DNA from: Chara braunii | Taxonomy: Eukaryota > Plantae > Charophyceae | Assembly: GCA_003427395.1 (NCBI GenBank) | Contig: BFEA01000017.1 | Location: 2,740,635 to 2,804,634, forward strand | DNA length: 64,000 nucleotides | Direction of reading: 5' to 3' | Shown: piece by piece, positions 1 through 13,156 of the stretch | Layout of the letters: each line of letters opens with the position of its first letter | How positions within the stretch are numbered: the first letter of the stretch is position 1 | Notes under the pieces: generated by a model | What the model was told of the DNA's origin: nothing | Databases searched by the model: none | What the model saw: only the letters and a program-made list of their open reading frames with translations | Made by a program: the position numbers and the translations under genes

Positions 1-372
1 GAGGCCACAAACCGACACCGATTTACCGGTCTGCCTACATCACCCTAGCCCAGAATCAACTGTCACCAAGGACTCCACGTTTTTAGCCGTTGATTTGCCG
101 CTACTCAGGTCCAATGCCTGAAAACCGAATCGCAGTTCGAGAGAAAAAAAAAAAAAAAAATGGTTCGAACCCCCACCGTTGTATTCTTCAAGGGGGCTAA
201 GGTCAATGGTTCGAATCACGCTTTAGTACTTCACTCACGGAGTACATGCAGGAAAACATGAAACAGAAAAACAAATGACCAATTGAGCAACTGCAGACCC
301 CTCTTTCATCTGGTCATTGAGACCAACTACTACATTGTAGACCCTTCTTCCACCCTGTAAGAACCGAAACCC
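1..372 (-). repeat. 3' terminal direct repeat (pLTR) of the PLE, overlapping the RT C-terminus
   Basis: 1-219 aligns to 13157-13373 and 228-372 aligns to 15288-15432 (e.g. gaggccacaaaccgacaccg; ctgcagacccctctttcatctggtca). Confidence 0.85.
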
Positions 373-2015
373 GTTGTCGTCATATCTCACCGAATTTCCT
401 CGAAAAGTTCAAGAGGGCATCATCAAAGATATCATCAGGATACGATTGACGCCATATCTTAGTTTTTAAAGTAAAAAGAAAAGGAAATATTGTGCCCGGA
501 AAAGTGGCGAAACGTCTCGCACGATGAAGAAAGGAGCTGACAACCGTAACCTTCTGCTGTTATAGGAGTAGGAACAATTATCCTGGATGCTCTGGAACAT
601 CAGCCTTTCATTGACCGAGCCGCGTTGGTTCTTATGACACGGCATGCAGGCTAACCCTATAGAGTCATTGAAAATTTTAAGGAGGCAGCCCAAATAATCC
701 CAACTGTCGCTCGTACTAGTGTTCTCCAACGTCGGTCTGTCATCATAACACGACTCGAACAACCGAAAAGTCTCCTCAGCAGATGCCTGTGCATTCTTCT
801 TACATATTATAAACAAGGAAACATCATCAACACGACGAAAGCCATTGACGAGCGAGCGATCGGAACCGAGAGATGTCAAAAACACAAATTCATTGTAGGC
901 GCAGAGAAGGCAGGCCAACACTGGGCTTGACAATTTTCCCATTGGAATTCCTATGTTCTGCGTCGAGATTTGACCGGCCAGCTTCAAGATTTGACCGACC
1001 ACATTAACCAAAGTATTGTCATGCTCAAAACGAACAAAAGTCAAAATCTGCGATAGCTCGACATAGTGTCCCTCTTCATATTTCCTTTTTACGAGTCTTG
1101 TGTATTTCCCTCTCTTCTTCACAGCCACAATACATAATTCTTTCTCAACCCAAAAATCAGTAGCCCAACTTAATGCAGAAAGGATAGAGGAATGAGGGAG
1201 AACCTCATTGACTAGGTCCTCGGTGCATCATAGATTAAAATTGCCAGTGGACTGCCTTGGTAGGTTCCACAGTATGCAGTTGACTGCCTTCGAAATAATT
1301 TTTCCACCCGCCATTTAGCATTCCGAAAACAATGGACAAATAAGTCGCCACCTCCCCGTGTCTTTGTGCTTGGGCAGGCAGTACGCCTTCCCAAGTTCAC
1401 CTCCCTCATTCCATTTTCCAACCTTGTTCAACTGAAGTAGCCCATATGACTGCGTCATCCGTTTCTGAACAGAGACCTCTTCTTCGTCAATCTTGCAAAG
1501 GTTGGATTCTCCAAAAACAACGTATTCATGCCAGTTCGATATACGACGGGGTAACAAATAAAGGTGTCGCCCATATTATGATCAAGCGGGCAGCAGACCA
1601 GTCCACTCAGGACCTCACGATATTGAAAAGTTTCATCTATGCCACAAGTGCGCAAAGCCGATTCTGAAACGAGAGAGAGGTTGAAGCACAAGTCTAGTTC
1701 CGAAAAAGCACAAGAATCAGGATCTACATCAGGGAGCGATGAGAGAGAGTGAAAAGCATTAAGGATTTGTTTCCTCAGAGAAGCTTCAGGACGTGATCGC
1801 GAGGGCATAAGGATATTTTTACTGTTCTTTATCCAGTCAGGGGAAAAATCCATCTCCGAAATTTTAAAAGCAACATGGCCATCGTGACGGGGTAGAGAAT
1901 CATAAATTTGACCACAGACACATGAAACAAAGCAACTTCTCGCAGTCTGTCGGAAATTGTGCACTATGTCACCAATCGTGCGGTTGCGGCACCACACCAC
2001 TCGCATCCTCTGCAC
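314..2015 (-). pseudogene. PLE reverse transcriptase and upstream linker, with frameshifts and stops
   Basis: Motifs QNIGIPMGKLSSPVLA, FRRVDDV (YxDD equivalent) and DYLG; upstream KAYCLPKHKD..RWRLICP; linker RNRTIGD..CVC..HDGHV. Confidence 0.85.
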
Positions 2016-2029
2016 TAGGACTTCTTTCC

Positions 2030-2556
2030 ATCAACAGAAAAATCTTCAAGAGAAATGAAAGTTGAAAAAACATTCCATAAAAAAAGAATCCGTCATATTT
2101 ATAAATTATCATTTTAATGTTCGTCCAATTCTAAAATTTTCAGTTTTATTTGATAAGTTATCGTCTAAATATGAGTTTTCCTTTCCAAACTACATCTGTT
2201 TGTTCAAGATGGAATGAAAGTCTGGATGCGTTTATGAAATATTTTAATTAAATTTTCATTCTACTACAACAAATATCTTCTAATTTAGATTGGATTAACC
2301 TATTTATGACTGAAAATCCTTACTTAGAATGACAGTCCAATTAAAATATTTCATGAACTCATCCAGACTTTCATTCATCTCTAGTATGCAGTCCAAATAA
2401 GAAGGGATACCCTATTCTTGGAATGAAAATTTGCAAGTAAGATGAAAAATTTTAAAATTGGAATGACATTTTTTAAGATGGAATAAAAATTTGAAATTTA
2501 GATTGTAATTTTACTATAGAATGATTATTTCATTCTGGAAAATTTTTCAGTTGATA
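2030..2556. mobile_element. AT-rich MITE-like insertion in PLE ORF2
   Basis: Imperfect terminal inverted repeats (atcaacagaaaaatcttcaagagaaatgaaa / tttcattctggaaaatttttcagttgat); internal inverted pair gaaagtctggatg / catccagactttc; sharp drop in GC. Confidence 0.65.
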
Positions 2557-3234
2557 CCAACAGAATGTCTAAACCAAATACAAGTCGTGCGCAAAGCTTC
2601 CGAACCCTTACCTTGCTGATTGACTCATCAAACACGATTCAGACTACCAACCGCTGCCTTACATGCACTTTGAACCACAGTGAAATAAAACGGGACAATA
2701 TCTGCCTAAGTCTGCAACGCGTCCTCGTTTCACTAAATGTGCGTACAGCGGTAAACTTCAGTACTAGTGATTCAAACGACCATGCAGGAAGTTGCAGTCT
2801 CAAGGGAGGGTTACTGAGAAAACTAGCCAGTGTGGGTTTCAATGCAAGGGATTTGCTCAATAAGGGAACGACGAATTCATAAATTAACGTAGCACCATCA
2901 ACAATCCATCCTCGGGAATGTTGAAGCAACCCTCGGCCATATTCACACGAAACTAGAGACCCGTCGTAAGATCGTCTGAGTACCTTCCACTTATCTAGAA
3001 GAAATGGACCATCACGACATACAACTACACAGCGATAGATCGACGATTCACGACACTTCTCAAGAATCGAAAACAGACGATGCGAACAAACACTGATACT
3101 ATAAAAAAAGGAGAACAGGGATTACTTGCTCGGTTGACAGGAGTTCACCAGCCCACCCTTACACTTAGCTTTACGCAACCTCTCACGCAACCCCAGGCGC
3201 TGACTTCGAGCACGTCGCTTCTTAGCTTTTATAT

Positions 3235-3564
3235 TCAATGACGGGGAGAATAATCGAATAAAGTATTTTTAACATGACTCATGATCATTTTCAGAACACA
3301 CACACACACCGGAACAACAAAGTAATACTGCGGACCGTGCTTACGTAACCACCGATAAAGACGCTCATTCCTCTGCCCTTTACTAACAAGCTCTTTGTTA
3401 CATGGCCGATAAACGTGTTCACTCCAGCGGGTGTCAAGATCCCTAGACGTACTCCTAACATACACGTATCGACACCATGGGGATAACAGGACGTAAACCA
3501 CCGGACCCTTCTGCAAAGAAAAATCATACCCGTCATTCAGTAACTTACCCACAAAGCCACACAA
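3235..3564 (-). pseudogene. GIY-YIG endonuclease domain of the PLE, upstream of the RT
   Basis: PVVYVLLSPWCRYVYVRSTSRDLDTRWSEH...RLYRWLRKHG fits the GIY-x10-YIG-x-T-x6-R-x2-EH pattern. Confidence 0.8.
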
Positions 3565-3725
3565 CTTAACGCCTCATGGAGTATGCCCCAAATTATTTAG
3601 TAGAAGTACCAACAAACACGCCAAAATGTTCAGTGGTTTTGTACGAAGAAACTCACTAGAAGATATTCGCAAATTGACACAACATTTGAAAAGATTCCAA
3701 GCCGACGCCACATTCGGGAACAAAA

Positions 3726-5081
3726 CTACGAAGTGGCAGAATCATCGGTGACCTCCGTACTATCGTCGTTGACCGGTCCAACGTCGTTCGTGACATCATG
3801 AATGACCACACCCCCTTTAAGTAAGCCAGACTCCCCAAAGGCTGCATCCGTACGTTTGTATGCAATTTCTTCTTTCGTCTTATCCAGCGTTGTGTATGTG
3901 ACACCTTCATCCGCGCAGATCGTCAAGACTTCTTCTTTCTTTTTAGACTTCAAGAACCTCCGTTGTTCAACAAAAAATGCATCACGCTTGTTGACAGCAA
4001 CACCCTTCGTCCTTGGTGTCATCAGTCGCTTTCCTTTATCCAACATGGTCGCCGCGGCTCCATCCAACCGAGCTTTCAAGTTGGAGGCAGTCGGAGTGTT
4101 CTTCCCTATTTAAAAAAGAACTAACTTATCCTTCAACCGATCAACCTCCTGCTCTGCCTCATGTCTCCCATTCAGTTTGCAATGCCTCCATTCTTTGAGT
4201 CTCTCAATTTCTTGTTCATGATGTTCCTGATGAGCCATCATTTCTTGAACCTTTTGTCTATCGACTGGTAGTGAATGTTTCGGAGTTACCCGAGCCCTCG
4301 TCCTGGTCGTTGGTATCGGAGGAGGAGTAACTGCCACGCATCCCCTCTTATTCCCTGGCCGAAGAGTCTCCAGCCTCCAGGTTTCGGCAGAATTCAGAAC
4401 CTCCTCATTAGCTTTCTTCAGTCTCGCAATCTCTTCCTCCATTACCACAAATCTATGGTCCGCACGTCCTCGCTCCTCTTCAAGTTCGCGTTTGTACTGG
4501 TCAAAATCACTCTCCGAAGTTGAGCACCCACCAATATTTTTCTTTTGTACCATCTTCAAATTTTCAATCTCAAGTCGTAGCTTCACAACCTCGTCACATT
4601 CCCTTCCTTTAACTGCTTTTGTTTCGAGTAACTCACGCACCGGCTTGAGTTGCTCCGCAATATTGACGTTGATCTTCAGGTGAAGTTCCTCCGTCTTCTT
4701 CTTCTCACGTGCACGACGCTCCTCATCTTCTTTCTCTTTCTTGATTATTTTTTCTTCCTCTGTCTTGATCCTTTCTTGTTCCACAACTGCATCTCGGTAG
4801 GCCTTCAGTTCCGTAACTGTTGTCTCCAGCGTTTCGACGCGCGGCTTGAGGCCGCCACCATAGCCGTAACCGAAATTAACATAATTTACCCCGGTAGCTG
4901 GGTAAGTAACTACGATATTCCTTTGCGCAGGTACAATAGCAGTGCTGGTATTAACGTTCGCAGTGAAGCTACCAACTAACCTACGGTCAGGCAGAGGATA
5001 GAAACGTGACAAATGTTCAGGCTGCCCGCAATTGTAGCAATTGCGGACAATCGACGACGACGGGGCAAGATTAGAAGTCAT
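3726..5081 (-). pseudogene. PLE ORF1: gag-like zinc knuckle plus coiled coil; frameshift near 4110
   Basis: N-terminal CYNCGQPEHLSRFY (CX2CX4HX4C with the last Cys mutated); long E/K/R-rich helical segments; apparently continues in 3726-4079. Confidence 0.7.
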
Positions 5082-5400
5082 GCTGCTTGAACCGAACGAT
5101 ACACAAAGCCACTCGCACGTAGTATGACTTCTACGACAGTTACCTTGGGAGAGGAAGTAGTCGTTAACGACGTAACTTCACCAGTTCAACAAGCCAATCA
5201 TGATCTAACACGGCCGAGTCAAACGACGACACATTCAGACATACACGACTGATACAAGACTTAGAAAGAGCAGAAAGGAGAAGGAGAAAGAAAAGGAAGT
5301 AGAAGGCGGACAACAGAAGTCAAAGTCGAATATCCCGAACGCGACGTTAAAATTAAGCATGAAGCACAAAATTGACTGGATGATAATCCAGTAGGCGAAC

Positions 5401-5448
5401 GACCCGACCGGTTTCGGCTGGCCGCCATACCAGCCCTCATCAAGGGTC
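5401..5448 (-). ncRNA. Minimal type I hammerhead ribozyme
   Basis: Minus strand reads GACCC-UUGAUGA-G-GGCUGG(uauggcgg)CCAGCC-GAAA-CCGG-UC-GGGUC: stem I, C3U core variant, stem II, palindromic stem III (ACCGGU), GUC cleavage triplet. Confidence 0.8.
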
Positions 5449-5490
5449 TTAGGATGTCGGTATGGAACAGGACTGTAGACTTCCATACTT

Positions 5491-8400
5491 TTTTCTTTCT
5501 TTTTGGGTTTATTATAACAAACGATGGGATGAGGCCGGGGACCTCTCAATTCAACCCAGACTTATCCTGGCAGTATCAGCCAGTTGAGCTTACGAGCAAT
5601 GCTCAGCTCTAACTCACTGATTTAACCTTGTCCTAAGCCAGCTAGAAACCGGGTCCAGCGTCCCATGCTAAATAAAACTTTACAAAATTAAAACTTTAAG
5701 CGTATGTAAGAAAAGGGGGTACCATTATGCTCTACTTCAAAGCTCTGAATGGACGAATCCAACTTCTAAGAGCATAGTCTCATCCTCTCCATTCAAAAGT
5801 GTCCAACCTCCCCCACATAGACTCAGAGCAACCACTCAAGGATGTTGCTGGTTCTCGCAGGAAAGAAGACGATAGACCGCAAGGGGGGTGGGTCCCTCCT
5901 ATTGCTTGACCCTTCGATGCCAAACTTACCAACAGGACCTAAGTAACAGACAACCTTAACGCGACCTACAATCAGCCTAAAATCCCTCAATCATGGGTAT
6001 CAGACAACCAGGCACAGTAGGTAAAACGACCCTCTTGGTTGATAGACGTTAGTCTGTTGTTTTGCGTCCAGGTTTTCTGGAACCATACGATATTCTTGCG
6101 GTGCCAATCCGCTCGAATTATTCTTCTTATGCCGTGTTTGATCTGCAACTGTTGGTGTTTTTTTACTATGTCTTCCCCTCTGAACACTCTGGCGTTTCTG
6201 GCAACCCAAATGGTTTCCATCAACACTACACGACAACAAAGGGCAACATAGCCCCATCCGATGGAATATGGATGGTTCTGAGGAAGAATACCTGTCATTA
6301 CCCAAGAATCTGACCATTCGAAACTCCCTCCTGTTATACGATTTCAATGCCCTGTCCACCATAGGTTGATTTCATCTGCCAATGGACAGCAAAGCCAGAG
6401 GTGGTACATGTTTTCCCACCCCAATTGCATATCAGACATTGTGAAGATATTTCCATCCCCTTGGCCGCCAGCCACATAGCCGTTGGGGTAACGAGAAGGG
6501 ACTGGATCAATATGAGACTAGCTTGTTTCTGGACTGGATACTTCCTCAATGCTCTCCATAGTTTTAAGATACTCTGTTCTATGACCCCTGGCAGCTGATA
6601 GGTTGCCGCCCTATCTACTGCCAAGGTCACAACTTTCTTTTTAACTTTCCCTTGAAGTGCTTGTACTCCCGTCTTCACACAATACCGACAGATGGGGGTA
6701 AAACTCCCTTTTCCTTCCTGATCCTCCCAACCCAAAAGTAATAGTTCCACACGGTATGTAACAGCATCCCGTAGCAGAGTGACCTTCTCCTTTCCTTGTT
6801 TCACCTTCTGGACTTGAACTCTGACCTCTATCATGTCCATAGTATGATCCAGATGTATGTCCTTGTCCTCCATAGTCAAAACGGCAGCGTCCGTGAGGCC
6901 GAATGGTACTTTTCATTTTTGAACTCGAACGCTAGTAGGCAGATCTTGGCCTAGTACTTGTATAACCTGGTCTGGCTGCGTCGTGTGCTGGAGCCAGGTT
7001 CCTGTAAGGTGCTCTGTGTCAGGTTGGAGTATATTAATCCATGACTCAAGGATGGCTTCTATCAGGGTTAAGTAGTGAGACCATACATTGTGTAACCTTG
7101 AGAGTTTTCATCTGATCTGAGTTATATCCAAAAAGACTGATGTTCGACGTCCCAGATATCCTTAAGCTGCATTATTCCCTTCTTTATCCAACCCGCTTCG
7201 AAATTTCCGGGAGAATCTGGGGCCACAAAGCAAGACCCATCCGCCTGCTTAATATAAGGATTTTCAAACAACAACTGATTAAGCACCATCAGCTTGGACA
7301 TCGGGGGGCGGTAGTCTGACGGCATAACCTTCTTCCAAGCTCCCATAATACCTCTCCAGATCCTAGAGTTAGACCTTCAATTGCAGAAGGAAGGCAACAA
7401 CAGGCATCGCCACACCTTGGTATGGTCTTGCAGATCTCACTCAGATCCCAAGATGTACTCACCTAGTACCATCCAAATTCTAGATTCATGTTCCTGCATG
7501 GCCAGAGCAGGCCATTTGGCCAACATGACAATGTTCTGTTGTAGTGGATCCAACACTCCCAGCCCCCTTTTCTTTCTCGATGTCACCACTACTTCCCAAG
7601 CCACCTTAGAGAGGAACCCCTGGTCCTCTGTGGCGTTAGGCTTCCAGAGGTATCTTGCTGAGACCGCTCAAATCTTCTTATATGCCTTGTCTCCCAAAGC
7701 ATGTATAGTCAACGGAAACCAGAGAAGAGAGAAGGTCGAGGTAGAAAGGACCAGAGCTCTTCCAAACAGAGAAAGCCGAGTACGGCTCTCTCAACCTGCA
7801 ATTCTGGCTACCACCTTATCCACCAAGATACTATCTTGTACTTTAGAACAATCTGAGAAGGAGACTTGAAAGCCCAGAAATTTGTCTGATGAGTTGGCCG
7901 ATATCTGCCGAAGACCCCAGTCAACACACAGGTCAAGGGAGGGGGGAAGAAAAAAAACCGGCTTATCCCAATTTATTGAGGCTTCGGATAAAACACAATA
8001 GTCATCTATTATTCTACGCAGTTCTTGCATGCTAGTTGTGGTGTTCTCGCAGGCGACTGTCAAGTCATCTGCTATAGCCCCCCCCATCCAATGGAATGAG
8101 AGGGGCAAGTGAGGGCCCACAATCTGTGCATTCGTTCTAATATTTGTTAATAATACTTCTAGTTGTAATACGAAGATTAAGGGAGCCAAGGGACATCCTT
8201 GCCTAAGGGAACGAGTGAGAGTAAATTCCTCTAATTGAAGATCATTGACGAGGATTGATGCAGCTCCCTGCATTGCCCTTATCCAAGTACAAAAGTAAGT
8301 ACCAAACCCCATGTTCAATAAAGTAGTATTCACGAATGCCCAACCTACTTTATCGTAGGTTTTTTCCATGTTGAGCATGAGGATGACAACTTCCCTTCTT

Positions 8401-9348
8401 TCTTTACCAATAATCTCCAGGGCTTGAACCGTTGCTAAGATATTATCAAAGATTGATCGCCCTTTGACAAAGGCTCCTTGTTCTCCCCCCACTAATTCCG
8501 GGAGAAAGGGGGTCAGTCGAAGGGCTAAGATCTTGGCTAATAACTTATATGTGATGTTCAAGACCGAAATAGGATATCAATTTCGTATTTCTCGTTTATC
8601 TCTTTTTTTATACATGAGCGAAATCATTCCTTTAACCATACCCTTAGTCAAAGTCCCAGAGATTCGTGTTTCGTTATAGATATCACAAAAGAATTTCCCA
8701 AACGCACCCCAAGCTGAGAGAAAGAACTCTATGGGCAGTCCATCAGGTCCAGGTCACTTCCCTTTGGCCATCCGACGAGCTGCGTGAGTCACCTCTTCTA
8801 GAGTTATGGGATCCTCCAAACTTTGATTCATCTGAGGCGATAGATTGCTCAAAGAGCAAGTCCCAAAGGGTGGTGTTCTGCCAAGTTACTGTCGAAGGAG
8901 TCAAACGGTTTCCTTGTAGTGTCTATATCTCTAAAGTATTACATGGCATATGCACATAGAGATTCCGTATCGACAGCTAACTGGGCATTGAGAGCAAAGG
9001 GGTGAACCAGTCCCCTCATCACTGGCCTGACTTTGGTCAAGATTAACGACCTGAAAGTCTCTTGAGTCATTCTGTCGTAACATATTATTCCCCTAATCTT
9101 GAGTCATTTTTGCCATTCCACGTGTTTACTCGTTTCTAGCTCATCCAGCTCGCGCAGGGCCATATTCCTCTTTGTGTACCGGTGGTATTCCAAAAAGGGG
9201 TCGTCTCCCGTGTAAGCCTCTGCTTGTTCTATTGCCATAGTTAGTTGTTTCTCCTTCCAATTTCGTGCTGCGGCTTTCATTCGTGAGAACTCGATCATCG
9301 CAGCTTGCAGAATTCCAATCCCCACATCCACCCAATCTTCCAAATGAC
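5491..9348 (-). mobile_element. 5'-truncated L1/Tx1-type LINE (ORF2 RT and C-terminal zinc-finger remnants)
   Basis: RT motifs YKLLAKILALRL, EQGAFVKGRSIFDN, DKVGW, RQGCPLAP, IADD, FLG; C-terminal CLICNW. Exact 14-bp TSD agacttccatactt at 5477-5490 and 9349-9362; T-rich tail at 5491. Confidence 0.9.
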
Positions 9349-9394
9349 AGACTTCCATACTTATAGCAATAGAAAACAGTAAAAGTGTCTATTC

Positions 9395-9448
<54 letters not shown>

Positions 9449-10824
9449 GTAATCCAACTTTGTATTCAAAAATGACGGTTCGAGGCCGGGGACCTCACAA
9501 TTCAGCCCGGATTTATCCCGGCAGCATCAGCCGGTTCAACTTCCAGATATAAGACGGACCAGCGGGCCCGCTAAAGACCCGCTACATCCTACAGGACCCT
9601 AAGTAAACAAACCCGAGGTCAACAAGAAAACAAATTACCTACCTGAATAACACATACCAACTCAAAAGAGGCTGAGTCTATCTAAAATGTCCCCGCATAA
9701 GACCAGGGACTAACGACCCTAATCCCTTAAGGCAGAACTTCCTACCACGTAGGCTGCCCACTATTTGAAGCAGCTTCCATGCAACAAAGACAAGATCCAG
9801 AGAACTACTACCCAACTAAGTCTTCCATTCTACTGAGTAACCCTTCCTTGTATCTAGGCCTAACGACGGCCCTTTGCACCAATGGCCTAAAATCGGCCTG
9901 AATCACAAGTCATCTGATAGAAGCCATTCTGCAAACGTTAATCCGCCCTCCGTTACTTTCACCCATTGGTTCTCTCGTTCCCATGTCTGCCCAAACCAAT
10001 ATTTGTTTTTCCTTGAGGGGCCCCTCGAAAAGTGCCAGTCTCGACGACTAACCTGTCTGATAAGGGTCTTAATCTTAAACCACCAGTACCTCGCTCAGTG
10101 TTCAGCCGCGGGCCTTCCCGTATACGCGCCGCAGCCTCAGGCTGATCGACCAAGGGAAGGCCCGGTCGTAGCGCCAAGGCCGGGCCCCGCTTCTGTAGGG
10201 ACGACACANNNNNNNNNNNNNNNNNNNNNNNNNNNNNNNNNNNNNNNNNNNNNNNNNNNNNNNNNNNNNNNNNNNNNNNNNNNNNNNNNNNNNNNNNNNN
10301 NNNNNNNNNNNNNNNNNNNNNNNNNNNNNNNNNNNNNNNNNNNNNNNNNNNNNNNNNNNNNNNNNNNNNNNNNNNNNNNNNNNNNNNNNNNNNNNNNNNN
10401 NNNNNNNNNNNNNNNNNNNNNNNNNNNNNNNNNNNNNNNNNNNNNNNNNNNNNNNNNNNNNNNNNNNNNNNNNNNNNNNNNNNNNNNNNNNNNNNNNNNN
10501 NNNNNNNNNNNNNNNNNNNNNNNNNNNNNNNNNNNNNNNNNNNNNNNNNNNNNNNNNNNNNNNNNNNNNNNGAGAGAGAGAGAGAGAGGCGGCGAACTCG
10601 CCGCCCTCTCTCTCTCTCTCTCTCTCGTCGCGGCTAGGATGAGCAAAATCGAATGAATCTGGCGTGATTGCGTGGGAATATACACTGCCATACTTGTTTT
10701 TGTGAGTGTGTGTGTGTGTGAGCAGGTCTCCAACGTCGCGGCGAGCCTCATGGTTCTTCCATCGATAGGATGAGCAAAATCGAATGAATCTGGGGCTATA
10801 CCGTNGGAATATACACTGCCACAC

Positions 10825-10892
<68 letters not shown>

Positions 10893-10928
10893 GGCGGCGA
10901 GTTAGCCGCGACCCTCCGCGCAGGTCGC

Positions 10929-11017
<89 letters not shown>

Positions 11018-13100
11018 GACTTTCAAATCGCAAAGCGGGAATGAATCTTCCTGCGAAAGTGGGAAGATTCATTCTTGCTTTGCCTTTCGAAAGCCTTCCT
11101 ACTACTACAGCAGGCAGCGGGAACGAACCATTTATTTTTCTTATTTCTTTGTTTTCTTCCCCTTTTTTTCGTCTGTCTCACATGGACGTTCGGGATGCCT
11201 GCGCCCGGTAGTCCGCGCCTCGGCACGGGTCGGCGTACCGGTCGGCCGAGGCTCGGACTTGATAGCTGAGCTTGGTACTGGTGGTTTAAGAATGACCTTT
11301 TGTACTTGAATGGGTTCTTGTGTAAAGACTGCCTTGTTCCGGGATGACCAGATTGCTTCCAAGATGGCGCCTCGACAGGTAAGAGCAATGTAGGCCCTCC
11401 CTGAGGTGAAGTCTCTGACCGTATCTGTAGTTACGTCAGTCTGACCATAGAGAATTCATTCATGGGACCAGCGAAAGCTACCATCTGTAGATAGCTTCCA
11501 TCTCCCTCTCTACCATTCCCACACTTGGAGTGAAAAGGGACAGTACAACCAAATGTGAGAAGCCGTCTCCCAGCCCCAATTGCAGCGGGAGCATTGTTCA
11601 CTAATATCCATACCCTTGGAGACCAGCCAGGATGCTGACGACGTTAATAGAAGCGACTGTAGCCAAAGCAGGTTAGCCTGTTTCTGAGAAACCATCCTTT
11701 TCAGAGCTCTCCACAGAGCGAACAAATCCATGTTCCCGAGCTGAAAGTCAGGTTCTTTCGCTAATCTATTTGCCGCCAGATGTATTGGTTGCTTCTTGAC
11801 CTTTGTCCGCAGCACTTGAGCCCTATTTTAGACCTATACGCTATTACCGGCTTCGGATTGTATAGCCGTGAGGCTTCCAACCAGCCGTACAGTAGCGGCT
11901 CTATTTGGATGGTTGATGCATCCTCAACCCAAAGTTTAGCCCTTTCGTTGTTGTCCGTTTTATCCCACCAGACACGGCATTCCACTCCCTCCAGTGTCGA
12001 GGAGATGACCTTGTCCTCGTCTCTCTGAAGAGTCGGCTCCATGCCCCTTACCGTCCTCGGCTAGCGCTTCCAAACCCGTACTTTAACTCCTCCCTGTAAC
12101 TCAGGGCCAATCACTTTCCAAATTTCAGAACGATCCACAGAGTTAACTAACCATGTTCCCTGAAGGTGTTCTGCTGTGCTAGGGAGTCGGGCTTTCCAAT
12201 ATCCTGGAATAGTGCTCAGAATCTGTTGATAATTTGACTCAACATTATGAAGGAGAGGAAGCCTCCTCCTCATCTCAGAAGGAGTAAATCAATCATTAGC
12301 ATTGGTGTCCTACAAGTCTTTAATCTGGATGACTCCCTTTTCTACCCATGTTTTGCCAAAAGATCCAGCAAAACCATCAACTTTAAAGAGAGAACCGTCT
12401 GGGAGGGTGATAAAAGGATTTTCAAAAAGGATTTGGTTCAATACCTCCATTCTAGATTAGGGTTGTGACAGTGACTGGGGGAACAATTTGTGCCATGCAT
12501 ATAGGATATTTCGCCAGGCTTTAGATTTCGGGCGTTTTGCTGTAAATGACGGGATAAACAAACATACCCATACATCCGACGATCTATGCAGATTCCATTT
12601 TTTAGCCAGGAGGAATTCCGCCAACCTAACCCAAAGTTTGGACCTAGGGCCAAAACATGCTGCAATGACCCATTTACACAACAAGGCAAGATTCTGATGG
12701 ATGGGGTCCAAGATACCCAGGCCCCCCTATTCTCGAGGTTGCATGATCGTTTCCCAGGCTATCTTCCAAATGAAACCTTGGTGTAGGGCTGCTGCTGGTT
12801 TTCATAGATACCTGGCGGCATCCCTTCTTATTCGCCTGTATGCTTTTTCTCCCAATATATGTACAGTCAGTGAAAACCACAATATTGACAAAGCTGCTAA
12901 AGAAAGAACCAGAGCGCGCCCAAACAGGGATAGCTTGAAATTGCGCTTCCACCCTGCAATCTTCGCTGAAACCTTATCAGCTAGTATGTCATCTTGAGTT
13001 TCAGCACAGTCCGATAAATAAACCTGCACCCCCAAGAACCTTTCCGATGTATTGGAGGGTACCTGCTTGAGACCCCAATCCACATGCAGAGATCGGGTAG
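9395..13100 (-). mobile_element. Second 5'-truncated L1/Tx1-type LINE of a related family
   Basis: Poly(T) 9397-9445; DWGLKQVP..ERFLGVQ, LSLFGRAL, zinc finger CSRCNWGWETASHIWLYC; probable TSD aaagtgt(c/t)tattc at 9382-9394 and 13101-13113; 3' UTR shared with 5533-5590. Confidence 0.85.
10079..11285. mobile_element. Non-autonomous inverted-repeat element (ACCACCAGTAC ends) at TTAA; contains an N-gap and GA/GT microsatellites
   Basis: Ends accaccagtacctcgctcag / ctgagcttggtactggtggt; TTAA at 10075-10078 and 11286-11289; excision restores the LINE frame QKVILK-IKTLIRQ. Confidence 0.85.
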
Positions 13101-13156
13101 AAAGTGTTTATTCTAGAAACTAACAATCCACCTATCATCTAAAAGAACCAGAGTTC

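Noticed and set aside
395-440. Second hammerhead suggested by minus-strand CUGAUGA at ~432-438
   Set aside because: It lies in RT coding sequence (YPDDIF) and lacks stems I-III.
466-3564. Group II intron, retron or homing-endonuclease cassette
   Set aside because: The RT motifs, direct terminal repeats and hammerhead fit a PLE; no intron domain V or maturase X domain was seen.
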